Part shown: piece after piece, positions 61,751 through 64,000 of the stretch
Layout of the letters: every line of letters begins with the position of its first letter
How positions within the stretch are numbered: the first letter of the stretch is position 1
Assembly (NCBI GenBank): GCA_002633005.1
Contig: NMRA01000198.1
Span: forward strand, 8,045 to 72,044
Direction: 5' to 3'
Origin: Phoronis australis
Taxonomy: Eukaryota > Animalia > Phoronida
Length of the DNA: 64,000 nucleotides
Notes under the pieces: generated by a model
Database searches by the model: none
Told to the model about the DNA's origin: nothing
What the model saw: the letters and a program-made list of their open reading frames with translations, nothing else
Translations under genes and position numbers: made by a program

Positions 61751-63858
61751 TTGAATATGAATTAACCTGATGACAGCTTCTCCAGAAATTGTCACCTTAC
61801 AACGGTTTTTTAATGGAGCTGTACACATATCACAAATAGAGAATAACATTGGATTGATTTGTCATAAAATATGGGCAATAAACTTGCCAACTCCAAAAAG
61901 AGGTGAATATACAATGTTCATGGAATTAATACAACTTTAAAGAGGCATGGTTTGCGAAAGCTTGTCAAAAATATCTTTTAAAATTACTCAAGAAAGTACA
62001 ATCTTGCAACGTCTAGTACAGAGTAATTCACTTTCCCCTATGAGAGAATTTACAGAAAAAATAACAAATTCACCTTTTTTGAAATACGTGTGAAGGAAAA
62101 ACTCTTTGGTTACCACAGAGTTTCTAAGCTCCATCCCACTTATGATAAATGCATGCATCCACTCACACACAGTTTAAAGGTCACATTTTCCATGATATAA
62201 GATAAATCTACTAGGTCTATGTCTTGCCATACCAAATATGGAGATGGGCTTTGCCTTGCGAGAGAAAAATCGACAATGAAAGTGGAGAGCAGTCCACAGA
62301 TTGTCTTTTTTGAAATTTGAAACTGAAAGAAAATGCTTTTAATTAATATCAAGAGATTGAAGTTTAAAATCTTTACAATCAAATTTTAAAAGTACCTGGT
62401 GAGCAGGTTGTATTCTGTTTCAGGGGCAGAGAACCACTTTCAATAATGTAATTTTAAATTTATTTAGTCCATTTATCATGTTCCAGCCCTTTTCAACACT
62501 GGCATTATTACGTGAGGCATTAAGTAAACTGAACATGAAGTAATGGACTAAGCTTCTCTCAGTATTAAGTAATCCCATATTTAAAAGAAAAGCTTGATCA
62601 ATACATTCAAAGATAATGCCTGATTTGAATAAAGTAAACAACCCAAGTAGATCAGACGCAACACATGTTTTACCAAATGGATTCAAGAATACCAAACCAC
62701 AAATTGACATGATATTTAGTTAATGCACAAGATTAAATCTGACATGANTGATAACAGCTTTTTGGTAACTTGCAGGTGAACCAAACAATTTGGGAGGAGA
62801 AGATTGTCTGCAACTTCACATTGGCAACAGTCAGTGGAATGATGAACGGTGTGACAACAAGCACAACTTCATTTGTGAAATTAATTTGTAATTGAATATG
62901 AATTAACCTGATGACAGCTTCTCCAGAAATTGTCACCTTACAACGGTTTTTTAATGGAGCTGTACACATATCACAAATAGAGAATAACATTGGATTGATT
63001 TGTCATAAAATATGGGCAATAAACTTGCCAACTCCAAAAAGAGGTGAATATACAATGTTCATGGAATTAATACAACTTTAAAGAGGCATGGCTTGCGAAA
63101 GCTTGTCAAAAATATCTTTTAAAATTACTCAAGAAAGTACAATCTTGCAATGTCTAGTACAGAGTAATTCACTTTCCCCTATGAGAGAATTTACAGAAAA
63201 AATAACAAATTCACCTTTTTTGAAATACCACAGAGTTTCTAAGCTCCATCCCACTTATGATAAATGCATGCATCCACTCACACAGAGTTTAAAGGTCACA
63301 TTTTCCATGATATAAGATAAATGTACTAGGTCTATGTCTTGCCATACCAAATATGGAGATGGGCTTTGCCTTGTGAGAGAAAAATCGACAAAGTGGAGAG
63401 CAGTCCACAGATTGTCTTTTTTGAAATTTGAAACTGAAAGAAAATGCTTTCAATTAATATCAAGAGATTGAAGTTTAAAATCTTTACAAACAAATTTTAA
63501 AAGTACCTGGTGAGCAGGTTGTATTCTGTTTCAGGGGCAGAGAACCACTTTCAATAATGTAATTTTAAATTTATTTAGTCCGTTTATCATGTTCCAGCCC
63601 TTTTCAACACTGGCATTATTACGTGAGGCAAAAACTAAACTGAACATGAAGTAATGGACTAAGCTTCTCTCAGTACTAAGTAATCCCATATTTAAAAGAA
63701 AAGCTTGATCAATACATTCAAGGATAATGCCTGATTTGAATAAAGTAAACAACCCAAGTACATCAGACGCAACACATGTTTTACCAAATGGATTCAAGAA
63801 TACCAAACCACAAATTGACATGATATTTAGTTAATTCACAAGATTAAATCTGACATGA
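61608..63858. repeat. ~1.14-kb tandem duplication (61608-62747 / 62749-63858) including lectin exon 2 (copy at 62776-62891)
   Basis: Near-identical copies separated by a single N at 62748; differ by SNPs and ~30 bp of deletions. Confidence 0.93.
61950..62720 (+). mobile_element. Possible highly decayed LINE 3' ORF remnant (also present in the duplicate)
   Basis: Broken plus-frame peptides (LPYQIW, ILKV..GREPL, LKEKLDQYIQ) loosely resemble post-RT regions of invertebrate LINEs. Confidence 0.25.
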
Positions 63859-64000
63859 ATCTGCATAATTTGAAAAAAAAAACTATTAAAACGTTTGCCA
63901 TGATAAAGTTGATTTCAATTTGTTACTCACATCACAGGTGATTTCTGGGCACGGTATGTCAAAAATGGAACGGCTCAATTATGAGCCATGCACAGACAAC

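Overview
AT-rich, intron-containing animal genomic DNA. The repeat types suggest a marine invertebrate, probably a lophotrochozoan, but this is inference. It is not prokaryotic and has no CRISPR arrays or operons. I reconstructed six spliced genes by hand from GT-AG junctions and reading phase: RBM45 (+, ~4.0-11.8 kb), CISD3/MiNT (-, ~19.0-21.9 kb, possible first exon at 27.0 kb), complete SPAG6 (-, 30.6-36.1 kb, 509 aa), a GPI-type Ly6/uPAR three-finger gene (+, 38.3-41.5 kb, 136 aa), the 3' part of POLR1B (-, 43.5-59.1 kb, continuing beyond the window), and an EPN-type C-type lectin (+, 60.6-61.75 kb) apparently nested antisense in a POLR1B intron. There is also an intronless, GC-rich TatD-like pseudogene fragment, several non-autonomous DNA transposons (TIR/TSD elements, foldback MITEs, a Helentron-type HINE), a tRNA-derived SINE head and many intronic minisatellites. 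The most unusual pattern is 'echo' tandem repeats made from the exon end plus 5' splice site behind three separate POLR1B exons. Also notable: the TatD relic has perfect hairpins at both of its premature stops, and a hAT-like element has a 5-bp TSD. All family assignments come from motif recognition by eye; no searches were run.
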